A stretch of 62,975 nucleotides of DNA, filler included, from Conidiobolus incongruus B7586 (Eukaryota), in the NCBI GenBank assembly GCA_000697335.1. It is 6 parts of 6 records of this genome, joined end to end, with 100 filler letters (N's around TTAATTAATTAA, not from the genome) between each part and the next. Parts side by side here need not be neighbours in the genome. Positions count along the whole stretch, not along the records: positions 1 to 12,476 come from JNEM01006208.1; 5 more parts are not named here. One strand, given 5' to 3'. Numbering within the stretch: position 1 is the first letter of the stretch; every line of letters starts with the position of its first letter. Position numbers and translations under genes: made by a program. Below, in pieces: positions 1 through 12,576 of this stretch. Below the pieces are notes generated by a model that had not been told where the DNA came from, ran no database searches, and saw only the letters and a program-made list of their open reading frames with translations.

Positions 1-262
1 TAAAAAACTAAGGTTATAAAGAATTTTCTAATTAAATTAATTGAAGTAAACTATCATTTATATAATATTGATTATATTATGACTTATATAGTGATAATTG
101 TTTTAAATAAAAGAATAAGCATAAAAAGGTGAAAATTTTTATCAAAATATTTAATTAATAAAATTTTAAGTTTTAATTTTGAATAAAAATGAATATTTTA
201 TAATGGATATTAAAGGTTTATCAAAATTATAACAAAATGTTATTAATAATAAAAAAGAGTAT
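1..262 (+). repeat. Diverged copy of unclassified AT-rich interspersed repeat (family 2)
   Basis: ttatgacttatatagtgataattgttttaaat (77-108) aligns with ttataacctatatgattataattgttttaaac (21521-21552) and with the 10102-10133 copy. Confidence 0.5.
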
Positions 263-801
263 GAAATATATTTTATATATTAAAACTTGTAAATTATATA
301 TTAAAATATTTATTAATTTTTAATATCAAAAAAGTCTCATTATTTGAAATATAGAGTAATGATATAAATATAAGATATTTGGTATTATTAATATAAATAC
401 AAAATATTTTTTTAATACAAATATTGTACAAAATCTGATAATTTTACATTCATATATTAAAGAACATAATTTTTTGATTTATAGCATTTTCTATTAATAG
501 TTCATATTTATGACTAAATAATATTTAAAATAAAAAAGTGATATATTTTAAATAAAAAAATCAGCTATTGAATTTAATGAATTATATAAACATAAGATTT
601 CTTTCACTCTATATAAGAAAGCAATTCAATACTGAAGTCATTTCAAAATCATTAAACTGAAATTTAATTTTTGTAAATCATTAAGTAGTAAAATGACGAA
701 TATGATTTTTAAGCTATTTTCAATATAATATGAGTTACAAAATAAATTTAAAAATATTATATTCATTTTGATAAATTGGTTAAGAACAATTGATCAATTG
801 A

Positions 802-809
802 TCCCATAA
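802..809 (+). promoter_or_regulatory. Recurrent upstream element TCCCATAA (first of 8 occurrences noticed)
   Basis: The same 8-mer lies upstream of ATGs in gene-sense orientation at 802, 25242(-), 26749, 28003(-), 40971(-), 41745 and 49113(-). One antisense copy is at 49190. Confidence 0.65.
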
Positions 810-966
810 TCTCTTTCTAACGATTCAACTTTTTAAATATACCAAATCTCGCAAATCCGATTTTTTATCTATCATTCACCAATTTATTAATTAATCAACC
901 AAACAATATAACTTACTTAATTTAACATATACAATATAATAAATTAGCAAATCACAGATAATAATA

Positions 967-3900
967 ATGAACTCTGATTTCATAAATAATTACGATTTAT
1001 GGATACAGCAGCTATCCATATCGACACCTGAAAGTTTAAATCATTTAAATCAGGTTCAAGATAGTCCTGAAGCTTGGAACTTGGCTTTTAACTTATTAGA
1101 ACATCCAGTGAGTTTGATTATTTTTCTATTTTTTTCATAGATATTTATTATTATTTCTGATTTTTAGAATTTAACTTGTAAATTTTATGGTGCTCATACA
1201 CTATTTCACAAAGTTTCTAGAAATTGGTAAATATAAAATTCTTAATACAATTTGATATATTTTTAACATTTATAATTTTAGGAATCAATTGGCAGAAGAT
1301 CAAACTAGAGAATTAGGGAATCAAATTATTCAACTTATTCAAAATTTACAAAACTTAAAATTACAACAGCAATCTTCTGATCAACTATTTTCCCCTATCA
1401 TTAGAAAATTATTACAAACAGTAATATATAACATATTATAAATATCTAATTGATTTTTACTAATATTATTCTTATAGATAGTTTGGTATCAATTTTATAC
1501 ATTTAACAAATTTGAAAATAATGATTTCATTCATCAAACTCTCAATTATTTTCAATACGATCCAAACGATCCTAATCGATCTTTATCCAGTCAATTGATC
1601 CAATTGGATTACTTGAAATTGATTCCTGAAGAACATCAGAGTGCTCCCAGCAGCTTAAATAGCAAGAGGTATATCCATGCTATTAATTCAAAATATTATT
1701 CATTAATCTGAATATTGAATAGTGTTGGAATTACTGACTATCTTCATAAATCAGTGGATTTAGTTTTGTCAATATTGCAACCCCATTTAATTTCAGAATC
1801 TATGGATAGTTCAAGTGATATGCTATTTCAAAAATGCTTATCTACACTTCAGAGTTGGACTAATTTTGGTTTACCTATTGAGTAAGGTTCACAAATGCAT
1901 TAAATTATCATCAAAAGTTAATTGTTGATTTTAGTTCAATACCCAATATTGTCCGTACCCTTATTCAGCAATTAAATCATAAAGAGAGAATCTTCCCAAT
2001 TGGCAAAACTTTGCAAGAAATATTGTCCCATCCCAACTCTTTTAAAGTTCAATCTACACTATTTAGCATCCTTTTACCTACTTTATGCCACCCTTCTTTA
2101 CTTGGTTTCATTGCAGGTAACTTGAAAACGATTTTAATAGGACGACTTTAATTAAGTATATTCTACTTAGAATTACAACAAACTGATCCCGATCGTGATT
2201 CAGTATTACCATTATGCCAACTATATGTAGATTTTTGCGAGACATTTTCAGAAATGATCATGGAGAAAATTATCTATCAAAACGATCAGCAAGTGTACCA
2301 AATCCTCGAAGCATTACTCAATTTTACCAATTATCCAGGTTTATGCCCATCTGAGCAAACTATTACTGAAGAATGTCTACTTGTGTGGACCACTTTGCAA
2401 GATTCTTATCAATCTCTTGATGATGATAGCTATCAGAGGGAAGGTCAAGCTGCCAACAAGGATGGTGCTCTCAATTACTTCAGACGTCTTTTAGATGTCT
2501 TACTCACTAAAATTAAATATCCTGAACAGGAGGAATTATCAGATTGGACAGCTAACGATCATCATATTTTCCGAGTGTTCAGAAGAGATGTTGGTGACTT
2601 GTTCCAGAACACTTACTATTTAATGAACACAGAAATGACACAGTACTATTTCAGCCAAGCCAATCAGATGATTAATCATTTGGTTCATCAGAATGCGTCA
2701 CAGGATTCCTGGCAGCCCTTAGAAAGTATTTTGTATTTACTACTCAAGATTTCAGAGCCTATGAATGGAAACACACCATTGTTACCCGAAGTTACTGAAT
2801 TTTTTACTCCCCAAATTTTAGACTTGTTACTTGAAGGGCCATTCAGCTCACTTTATCTTAAGCAAACTATTTTCCAAATCATTGGGGAATACGCTAGTTA
2901 CATCAAAGCTGATCAACAACTTCTCATTTACTGTATTAGCAAATCCCTTTCTGCACTTGCTAATGCTGAATTAGCTGCTACTGCAACCTCCGCATTTGGA
3001 AAATTATGTGATATTGCTCGAGACGATATGATAAATTCCATCCACGACTTGATCAATACCTATCTATCTATTTCTCATAATATTGAACCTGAATTACTGG
3101 ATAAAATCCTGAAGGGATTATTCAATATACTTTACAAGCTTCACAGTATCGACGCGAATAAGTTCCAAGTTGAAATGGATCGTGTTGTAGGTAATTTATT
3201 GGATATGTTGGAGCAAATTATTGTTCAAGGCAAAATTGGCGACTTTTCCAATCTATCCATCAATTCCCCATCAGCTGACGCCAACCCTAAAGATCTTTGG
3301 ATCGAGCAGTTAGTTCAAAGAATTCACAATTTAACAGCTTGCTGCAACGGTTTGAAACCTTCCAATGAATTTGAGGTTTCTGATTTGGCTGTTGACACCT
3401 TACAGCTTCCACAATCGATCATGTCTCCTTTATGTCAGCGGTTATATATGGCACTCATTGAATGTTTGAACTTGGCTGGAGGTCAAGAAGTGATGGTTGA
3501 AGCTATCAGTCGTCTAGTTGCTGCTGGATTAGACACTGATGGTATTGCAGTCCCCTTCGTTTTCCCACTCAATTCATTACTTGAAATGCTCGTCAATAAC
3601 TATTTAGCTCATCCAAACATCAACGCCTATCTTTGTTGGTTTAACAGAGTCGTCAACATCTATGGATCTTCTTCCAATATGAGTCTCAAGTCTCAGCTCT
3701 TTTTCAACAACAACCTTACTCAAGACCAACCCCCTGCTCACTACGATGACGGACTTTTGGGCCAAGCATTGCAAAAGGTGCTTCCAGCCTTCTTTGGTAT
3801 TGTCACTGATTTGGAATCAATGGAAGTGGACCTCGACTTATCTCTCAGCATGGTCAATCTCTTATCCAGATTCACTAGATGCGATCTCAAATCCATTCTT

Positions 3901-4446
3901 ACTCTACCTTCCCACTTAATCAACTCCATCTTCATGTTCAATATCACCGGCCTTTCAGTTCAGAACCGCTTCCTGCTCAAAGCTCAACTCAGATTAACTG
4001 TCGATTTACTCTCCAGCTACAAGGAGGAAGAGATCCTAATCATGAAATTGATTAATACCAACGTCCAATTCACCCAAATTTCTCAAATGATCAACGACAA
4101 GGGTATTGGCAAAATGATCTGTGATAAACTACTGCTTGGTATCGGCAAAGATACCCCTAAATCGTGTATTGTGAACGTTTCAGAAGTCTTACATCATTTA
4201 ATCTTATCGAGTAAGTCCCTAGCTCATCAATGGCTTAGGGAGTTGTTAAGTCAGGTAACTATATATATTATACCTATATATCAATATTATTTATTTACAA
4301 TGAACTAGGACAATTATCCCACTTCAATGGTGGATGCTCAATCCAAAGAGCAATTCCTCAAAAAATTAATTACAACGAGTAGTTTGAAAGAGAGAAAGAA
4401 ATTATGTGAAAATTTCAGTTTAAATTGTAGAGGTTATAATTTATAA
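967..4446 (+). CDS. IPO13: Importin-13 / transportin-SR family karyopherin (multi-exon)
   Basis: ATG at 967 (MNSDFINNY...QVQDSPEAWNLAFNLL, importin-beta N-terminal-like). Several short GT-AG introns precede the 684-aa helical ORF 2254-4308. The last intron (~4255-4308) is followed by the exon DNYPTSMVDAQSKEQFLKKL...ENFSLNCRGYNL*, whose F-x-L-x-CRG end resembles importin-13. Confidence 0.8.
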
Positions 4447-5564
4447 CTCTAGAAAATAAATTATTAGATAATTAAGATATTAATATAAAAAGTGGTATAA
4501 TATATTATTGAATTTAAACATTTTTAAACTTTATTGATAATCAATTATAATGCCTATTTTGTTTTGATCAGCATAATTATCAGAAATTTAAAGTCATTAA
4601 TTATCATATTAAATTAATAATTATTGAACAAGTGTAATTATATGGATGAAAATTTTTCAATCATTTTAAGTAATACTCATCTATTTGATTATAACCATCA
4701 AGCAAATTACAAGTATAATTATAAATTATTTTTTAGAGTAAAATTTGTTTTACAAATGGTTAGTTAAATTGATAGTTTTCAATACCTATATAGAATTAAT
4801 GAAATTGTTTACATTTATAAATATTGCAGGTTGAATAAGATCAATTTTTTGTTAATTATTGTAGATGAAGAGATAGAATAATTTAAAAAGTAATAATGAG
4901 TAAATTGATAATATCTAATCTATTTTTGATATAATAATTTTAATAGTTACCATAACCTATTTTAAGTTCCAAATTTATACTAATAATATTATTATTATAA
5001 TATATATATATATATCAATGTACAATTACTAGTTATTTTTTTATTAGTATAAACTTCATTCGTATAAATTTTTAAAATGAGGTTTGCCTACGATTAGATA
5101 AAAGAGTGGATATATTTTTATTCTATATTCATACGAATGTGATAGTTGATTGACTTTAATAAATCTATATCATAATTAAAATAAAATTTGTTGTATATTT
5201 TTAAAATTTATACTTTCAATGATTAAAAATCACCATTTGATAAATTCTATAATGTCAATATTTAATGGAAAATTAATTATTATTGAAATTTGAAATGAAT
5301 GGAAATGATTAAAGAGATTGTATAAACTAATCAATATAACATATTGCACAAATATAATTACACAATGAAAACCTGTAAGTTGACAAGAATGAATATATAG
5401 TACATGAAACGTTCAATGCTTGATCTAGACAATATTTATAACACCAATATAACTATAATTGTAAAAAGCAATGAATATAAAAATAGATTAATCAGAAGGA
5501 GGTTTTGTATTGAGTAAAAGTTTGATAATCAATATTGTGTATAAAATGATGAAGTGACTACTAA

Positions 5565-6605
5565 CTAGTTAAAAAATTTACGGTTGGGGGAAGGTCCAAA
5601 TAAACTCATACGGATTTGAGGCAACATCTAATATTCATTCAATTAATGTAATGATATCAAATATAATCAATAATAAAAGAAATTACCTGCTCTTTTAACA
5701 TTTCTAAACGACTTTCAAGAGTATTGTGGACACGAATTCTACCGTCTAAACAGGAGAGAACAACACCACCAGCACTAAGTTACAAAGCATGAGTGATTAC
5801 TAAAATGTAAATGATGCATAAAATGAATTACCTGGAATCTTTCAAATATTCGGAATCGATGACAGTTTCAACAGGGTAACCGATTTCTTTTTCGAATAAA
5901 TCAGAAGCTTCTTTGGCGGCGGTTTGAACATCGGATTCGTCCTTTTGTCTGCATTGAATAGTGACTTTACGTTCCATTAAAGAGTAGAAACCCTAAAAAA
6001 TGTTTGGTAAAAAGAAATGAATTTAGTAGTGATGTTAACTTACTTGAAGAATAAAATCAACCAAAAGTTTATGATATTTGTCTTTATCTTCCTGAATCTT
6101 TAAGAGGGCTTGGTTGGCGATTTCGAATAATTCGTCGACTTTAGTTTGACGAGCAGCTAAAATATCCAATCTAGCTTTATTGGTCAAAGTAGATTGGGTG
6201 ATACGTTTTTGAATTTCCACCTGTTTTAACTTTTTATCAAAGTGAGCTTCAATAGCTATACTCTCTTGTCTAACTATTTTAGCCTAATTATTTTTGGAAG
6301 AAATTATTTAATATATGATTTTTAAATTGTTTTTTATAATTGAGTTAATGTACTTTTTCCATACTAAATTCTTCATCAGCCTATAAATAACAAAAATTAC
6401 ATTAATTATCAAAATGATGAAGAAATGATAAAATTACTCACTTTAACTTTAATTTCTCTAGCTTTTTCAAGAGCTTCTTGCTTGATAAAAGCAACCTAAG
6501 CGAGTAGATGATTAATAAAATGTACCGAAGAAATATTGAATAAAAGAGAACCATCTTCTTCATTTCAGCGTAGACTTCTTCATCGTTTAAAGAACGGTTA
6601 GCCAT
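5565..6605 (-). CDS. VMA4: V-type proton ATPase subunit E (multi-exon)
   Basis: Spliced exons read MANRSLNDEEVYAEMKKM / VAFIKQEALEKAREIKVK / ADEEFSMEK (27-nt exon) / AKIVRQE...NKARLDIL / ...GGVVLSCLDGRIRVHNTLESRL / MLPQIRMSLFGPSPNRKFFN*. These are hallmark subunit E segments. Confidence 0.96.
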
Positions 6606-7299
6606 TTTGGATTAAATTTGTATTATTTAAACGGAATTAAAGATTGAATAAACAGATATTAAATGGAATAAAAGAAATCAATTCAATAAATAAAATAATA
6701 GTCAATTTTTATTCAGCTGATTGATATTGGGGTTTATGGTACACTACTCAATTAATTAGTGTCCATATTCTATTAACATTACATTTAATGTGTATTTACG
6801 TCATTTCAAATTTAGTGTTTGGTGCATATATTAAATAAAAAAATTATATTGTTCAAATATGTCAAATATTCAAAATATTTCATTAAATAATGAATTGTTT
6901 TTGGTATAAATTATCTTTACAATAACTTCGTTTATTAATCCTTCATATACACTATCAATAATAAAATTTTCCATATCTTATTCACAACTGCTTATTATTA
7001 AATTTGAAAATTTTAATTGAATGAATAACTAATTAATTTATTTTCGAAAAAAATAGAATGATGCTGAATAAAAATAATTTAAATGATAAATATTTTATAG
7101 TCGTAATATATAATAAACTCTGAACCTTTTATTTATAAAATATAGACCAATTAATTCAAATCAAAATGAAAAGTTTGAAAATAGTGGTATAGTTGAATAA
7201 TACTTTAAAAAGAGGATGAATTATTAAATAAATTATTGAAATAATTATTATATTATAAAAATAAAACTTGATTAAAGAATAGTTGGAATAAATTTTCTT

Positions 7300-7371
7300 G
7301 AGTTGTTGGAGCAATGGTAGCGCGTCTGCCTCCAGAGCGGAAGGTTAGGGCTCTAAGTCACCCACGCGTCA
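7300..7371 (+). pseudogene. tRNA-Trp(CCA) pseudogene
   Basis: A-box-like TGGAGCAATGGTAGCGCG, anticodon arm TCTGC-CTCCAGA-GCGGA, 3' acceptor strand ACGCGTC-A, then T6. The 5' acceptor strand (GAGTTGT) mispairs and the T-loop lacks GTTCRA. Confidence 0.75.
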
Positions 7372-7499
7372 TTTTTTATTTTTCCAGTTTCCATATAAAA
7401 TTTTTTATTCTTATTAAATAACTCGTTAATTTATTGTCTATATTATTTTTATTTATTTATTTAATCGTTATTTATTTGTTTTAAAATTTCAATTATTTT

Positions 7500-8735
7500 C
7501 CAATTAATTCAAATCAAGATTTGAAGACTTTGAGTACTAATGATTTCCTCACGTATTTTAATCAAACAGAAATGGAACAATTTGGCCTAGGTTGCAAATA
7601 TTTAAATTTTAAATACGTTCCTTTAAATTAAAATCGTTTTATTTACACAAATATCTTTAGGCTAATAATACCCATCATAACTTTGTGCTTCTTTCAGCAT
7701 TGGAACTTATTGATGGCGATGAGTATAAGATTTGTAAAAGTTATTGGTTCGTAGTATTTATTTGGAGCCTTATATTGTATATAACTCTGAACTTGATATT
7801 TTAGTACCCTTATCTCAGCTGGCATTCTTGTCATTATATTCTACCAATTTTTCATTAGAGATATTGAACTAAATCTCCAGTCAATCTCGTTTACTTCAAT
7901 CATTTCAATAAATATCAGTGAATTTTATATTTTCTGCCAACAGACCCAAGTCACAGTACCAATTACAATTTCCACATCAATTAAATCGAATATGAATATA
8001 TCGTTGTGATTGGATAAACTCTGATTTACGTGGAATTGAAAGTTTCACAGTATATCGTCCTTTCCATACTAGAAGCATCCAAAGTGAATTTACCGAATCT
8101 GAACTTTTATGTGTTATGATACCTATACAGTCGCTGAAGTCATTATCAACAATTTCTTATACAGCGTTCCTAAGTCGGTTCACTTTAAGCTGAAGTGGCG
8201 TAGTCTCGGAGACACTACTTTTATTCAAGACAGTTGCATTAATTCACGTATTGAAATTTGAGTAAGTATAGCATCAGTTCGAATTTTTAGAAAGTTATGG
8301 ACTAAGAACTTTGGAAAATGTTCAATCTCTCAAGGCAAAATACATGAATACTTCAAAATTGTCTCTGACTCAAGATATTCACATGCATTTTCCAAATCTT
8401 ATTCAACTCCATATTGAATATGTACAATCTGGTCACATTACAGTTGTCAGCATGCTAACGAAACCATAATCAACTCATCTCACCATTCAGGCAGTATCCT
8501 CTTGCTCTACTAAATTTTAGCCCACAGATTTCTTTTCACCACATCTGCAATTTCTAGTATTAAAATTTTTCATATATTATATGTGGGGTCAAGTTTGTTG
8601 AAAGACAGTCATCAACTTTGAAAGATTTTAATACACTAAAAGAATATGAATAAATTGGACATATGATTCAAACATATCTTGATCGATATGATAGTTGAAT
8701 TTGTGCAAAATTTGGAATCAGTAAATTATTATTAG
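7500..8735 (+). pseudogene. Degraded F-box/LRR-type gene
   Basis: Coding-like GC island with stop- and frameshift-broken fragments: F-box-like DFLTYFNQTEMEQFGLGCKYL and LRR-like SQLAFLSLYSTNFSLEIL, FPNLIQLHIEY, SPHLQFLVLKF. Boundaries are approximate. Confidence 0.5.
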
Positions 8736-9720
8736 AAATAATGATAAATATTGATATAAAATATTTGTTAATCAATTTGTATAATGAAATATTCTTTGTT
8801 AATATTTTTGACTTGATGTTTAAAAATATTAATATTAATTAATACATAGTAGGTGATTAATACTTTGAAATATTATTAATATTAATATATAATTATTTTG
8901 TAATTAAATGAATGAATATAATGATCTTATCTATTATTAATATTAATTATATTATTTAATAGCTTTATCAAATATAACTCATAATACTAGAATAAAAATG
9001 ATAATATATAATATAAAGATAGATCAATTTTTAGATATATGTTATTTATAATAGTTAATATCACTATATTACAATTATTTATAGAATCTTAATCTTTTTC
9101 AATATAATATTTTACCACAGAATTGAAATAATATGAAATTTTTTATTTTTTGATTTTCTAAACTTATTATTAGTTTCAGAAAAAATATATACACAAAATA
9201 TATAGGAAAATAAATAATTTCAAACTATATATATAATGTGTTTTTTTTTGAAAAATTATCTTTTAAAAACTTATTGCTTAATTTAATCATAACTAAATTA
9301 AATAATGATCACCAAAAGTCTTTTATTTTAATATTAATAAAACTTAACCATAGGCTATTAAAATATTTTAAAATTCCAAAATAACTTTTAAAGATGATGT
9401 TTTATTTAAATTAATTATTGATCACTAAGTAAATAACTTTAAAGCCAAAAAATATTAATATTTATTAATATTTAAAAAACTAATTTTACTTATTACTCTT
9501 TTAATTATTGATAAAGAGAAAACATATATTAATAGATAATTTATTTAGTCAAAGAATTATTAAGATAGTTTAATATTTATTATATAAATATTCTATATAT
9601 AATTAAATTTAAACTTAATTTAAATAATAAAAATAAAAAATAACTTATAATTGAGTTAATATTTAAAAAGTTAAAGTAGTTATAGTTAAATAAAACTTAT
9701 CAAAATATAACTAAAAACCA

Positions 9721-10355
9721 AGGTTTTTATAGCAAATTATTATAACTAATAAACTATAAATCCCTTTATATAATTTTTTATTATAACATGAATTAAAATA
9801 TTAGGTTAAGTTATAATAATTATTTTCATAAATTTTAATAAATATTTTATTTATAAGAAAATATTAATTATTATAATAAATTATAATTTTATATATTATA
9901 CTTATTTGATTTTTAAGGGAAAATGATTTAATAATAAATTTTATATTGTTTTTTAAATAATACTGTTAATTAATTAATGATTTTGATATAATTTAAAAAT
10001 ATTTATTATTTTATATGATAATTATAAAATATATAAAATTATAAAGAAATTATTAATTAAAAATAATTAAAAAAACTACCATGTTTAATATATTTATTAA
10101 ATTATAACATATATAATTATAATTGTTTTAAATGATTAAAAAAATATACTAACAAGAAAAATATTCTTATAAATAAAATAAATTAGCTTGTAAAATATCA
10201 TATTTTAGTCTTTAATAAAAATGGTATTTTTTAAGTATTAGAAACTTTTTAAAAATATTATAAAACAGTTATTAGCGATAGAGTATTGATTTTATAACTT
10301 ATATATTAAAATCTTTATTTATTTTCAATCTCAAAAAATTCTCACTAATTAATTT
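9721..10355 (+). repeat. Unclassified AT-rich interspersed repeat (family 2)
   Basis: Colinear with 21139-21800 over ~600 bp (e.g. aggtttttatagcaaat vs aagtttttacagtaaat; gtctttaataaaaatgg vs atctttaataaaaagaa). May extend further left. Confidence 0.7.
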
Positions 10356-10580
10356 TAAAAGTAATAATTGGTAACTTTTCAGATATTTTTTGATATAGAT
10401 AGTATTGAAATTGGTAATATTAGAGTGTTTTAAATAGACCTTTTACTAATAAATATAATTCTAGTTTAACTTATCATCAGTAATTTTGACAAATATCAGA
10501 AGTATTGAATAAGTGTTTTTTATATTAATATTATGATATATTTTGAATTGTATTTTAATTTTAATAATTAACTTAATGAT

Positions 10581-12476
10581 TTAAAGGGAAGGTCTCTCAT
10601 TTTTGAAGTAGCCTTCATCAACTATTTCAAATTCTTCATTTTTGATAAGATCGTGAATCAAAGCTTCTAATTGAGGAAATTGCTTAATGAGTTCATTCTT
10701 CACTAAATTAAAGTGCTCTTCGTTGCGTCCGTACTTCTTGAGGAACTGAATTATTGTTGTGATGGTTTTGTCCGTAATGGCGTAGTCTTTTTGGTTGGTG
10801 ACTAATTGTAGAGCTTTGTCAATTTGGCCCAATCTGGCAAGAGCTTCGATGTAGGAGGTGAAGACGTTCGATGTGATGTCGAAGTTGATTTGTTTTAAGT
10901 ATGCCCAAGCGTGTTCCAATCGCCCCAATTGTTGGTGATGGCCACAAGTGTCTAGCATACTGCAGGCTGTAATTTCATCAATGGGATAGCTCATAAAGGT
11001 AAGCATATCCCAAAGCTGTAGAGTAGCCAAAGGCCTGTTCAATTTGTTGTAAGCATCCATCAAACTGTTATAAACGGAAATATCGGGATCACAGTAGATG
11101 TCCATATTAATGATTCGATGATAATAGATCACACCTTGGATGTGGTTAGCCTTGGCATTTCCTTGGATCATAAGAGAATAAAGCAAGGGATCAGCGCGAA
11201 TTTCCATAGCAGTCATATCTTCAAAGAGCTTTTGGGCGTAGGTTAAATATCCTCCCTTGATGAGGGGTTGAATTAGTTGAGTGAATTCTTTGACGTCCTT
11301 GAGGGGTCGATATGTCTTTAAAAAGTAGTAGATTTCCATTGCTTGATCTTGACGTTTTTGTTTTACCAAATTGATAAAGAGGGTAAAGTACACAGATGAG
11401 GGAATAGCAGGATTAGGCTGAGAAATCAATTGGCCTAATAGCTCGATAGATCGTTCAACTAACTGATGCTTGGTATAAAATTGAGTAAGGGCAGGAAGTA
11501 GCTTGTGAGACACCTTGTCATCTAATAAATTAAGCTTTTCAATCCAATTCATTGTTTTATCTAAAGAATCTGTTTGAATATAACCCAAAATCATTTCTTC
11601 TACTAATCTCTGTTTCTGAGATTTTGATAACTGAGTATCTTCTTGTGAAACAAACATATCTTGGGCTTGTTGAAAGAGAGATTCAGCTTGTTCGATTTGA
11701 TTTAATTGGAAATGAGCACGAATGCAGTAACGGTATAAATCAGGATTGAATTTTAATTCGCGATCCAAATATTGCTGGAAGAAATTAATGGCATCCTCAT
11801 AGCGATTACTCTTAACCATCCCTTTCACCATAAAGTAATATATTTGATCATCTAAATCAACTTGGAGTTGGTTCATCTGTTGGAATAATTTCCATAGGCG
11901 AGTGGGCTCTTTGTCAATAGTACAATAGAGTCGAAGTCCTAGATGATAAGTGGAGTTCTGAATGGCAATACCACTTTCTACCAACTCCTCCCAAAGTTGA
12001 TTGGCTCTTTTATATTCCCTCTTATTCAAGCATGCTTCGATGAGTGGCTGATATATAGAATCTTCTAATGTGACCTGGTTCTGAGTTTTGATCTCTTCAA
12101 ACAAAGCATTTGCTTGATCCAAATCACCATATTGTACTCTATACTTTAAGATACTAGATAATAGCTCACTATCAGGAGTAATATCAGCTTCTAACATATT
12201 TGCAAACAATTCTTCAGCATTGAATTTGTCGCCCTCTTCAAATAACGAAACAATTGTCAATTTAAACAATTCGAGATCCCAAGCAATATTACTTTGAGCC
12301 AATTGAGCATTGATCAAGTCCAAGTTTTCTCCCAACAAACCCTTTTTAGACAATAGATTGATATAGTCCAATAAGGTAGATTTATCCAGTTGAACTTGGA
12401 ATAGTTCAAAATCCTTGATAACTCTGTGTATTTTGTACTGAGCTTGAGTGTCTGCTTGAGCTCTTTCAATCAAAAG
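10581..12476 (-). CDS. Pentatricopeptide repeat (PPR) protein, 5' end truncated by gap
   Basis: 630-aa ORF with ~35-aa PPR repeats (PDISVYNSLMDAYNK, ADPLLYSLMIQGNAKA, SNVFTSYIEALARLGQIDKAL). The frame is open into the N gap. Confidence 0.9.
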   Translation of the reverse strand, partial: LLIERAQADTQAQYKIHRVIKDFELFQVQLDKSTLLDYINLLSKKGLLGENLDLINAQLAQSNIAWDLELFKLTIVSLFEEGDKFNAEELFANMLEADITPDSELLSSILKYRVQYGDLDQANALFEEIKTQNQVTLEDSIYQPLIEACLNKREYKRANQLWEELVESGIAIQNSTYHLGLRLYCTIDKEPTRLWKLFQQMNQLQVDLDDQIYYFMVKGMVKSNRYEDAINFFQQYLDRELKFNPDLYRYCIRAHFQLNQIEQAESLFQQAQDMFVSQEDTQLSKSQKQRLVEEMILGYIQTDSLDKTMNWIEKLNLLDDKVSHKLLPALTQFYTKHQLVERSIELLGQLISQPNPAIPSSVYFTLFINLVKQKRQDQAMEIYYFLKTYRPLKDVKEFTQLIQPLIKGGYLTYAQKLFEDMTAMEIRADPLLYSLMIQGNAKANHIQGVIYYHRIINMDIYCDPDISVYNSLMDAYNKLNRPLATLQLWDMLTFMSYPIDEITACSMLDTCGHHQQLGRLEHAWAYLKQINFDITSNVFTSYIEALARLGQIDKALQLVTNQKDYAITDKTITTIIQFLKKYGRNEEHFNLVKNELIKQFPQLEALIHDLIKNEEFEIVDEGYFKNERPSL

Positions 12477-12576
12477 NNNNNNNNNNNNNNNNNNNNNNNN
12501 NNNNNNNNNNNNNNNNNNNNTTAATTAATTAANNNNNNNNNNNNNNNNNNNNNNNNNNNNNNNNNNNNNNNNNNNN
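12477..12576. other. Artificial contig spacer (N44 + TTAATTAATTAA + N44)
   Basis: The same 100-bp spacer, with a six-frame stop 12-mer, recurs at 21039-21138, 38229-38328, 49991-50090 and 58512-58611. Confidence 0.98.

Noticed and set aside
1669..1722. ATATCC near an IPO13 intron donor, suggesting a U12 intron
   Set aside because: The intron begins GTATAT and ends AG; no RTATCCTT donor or U12 branch point is visible.
12521..12532. TTAATTAATTAA recurring five times (CRISPR-like repeat or piggyBac TTAA site)
   Set aside because: Always centred in identical N runs; it is a synthetic six-frame stop linker.
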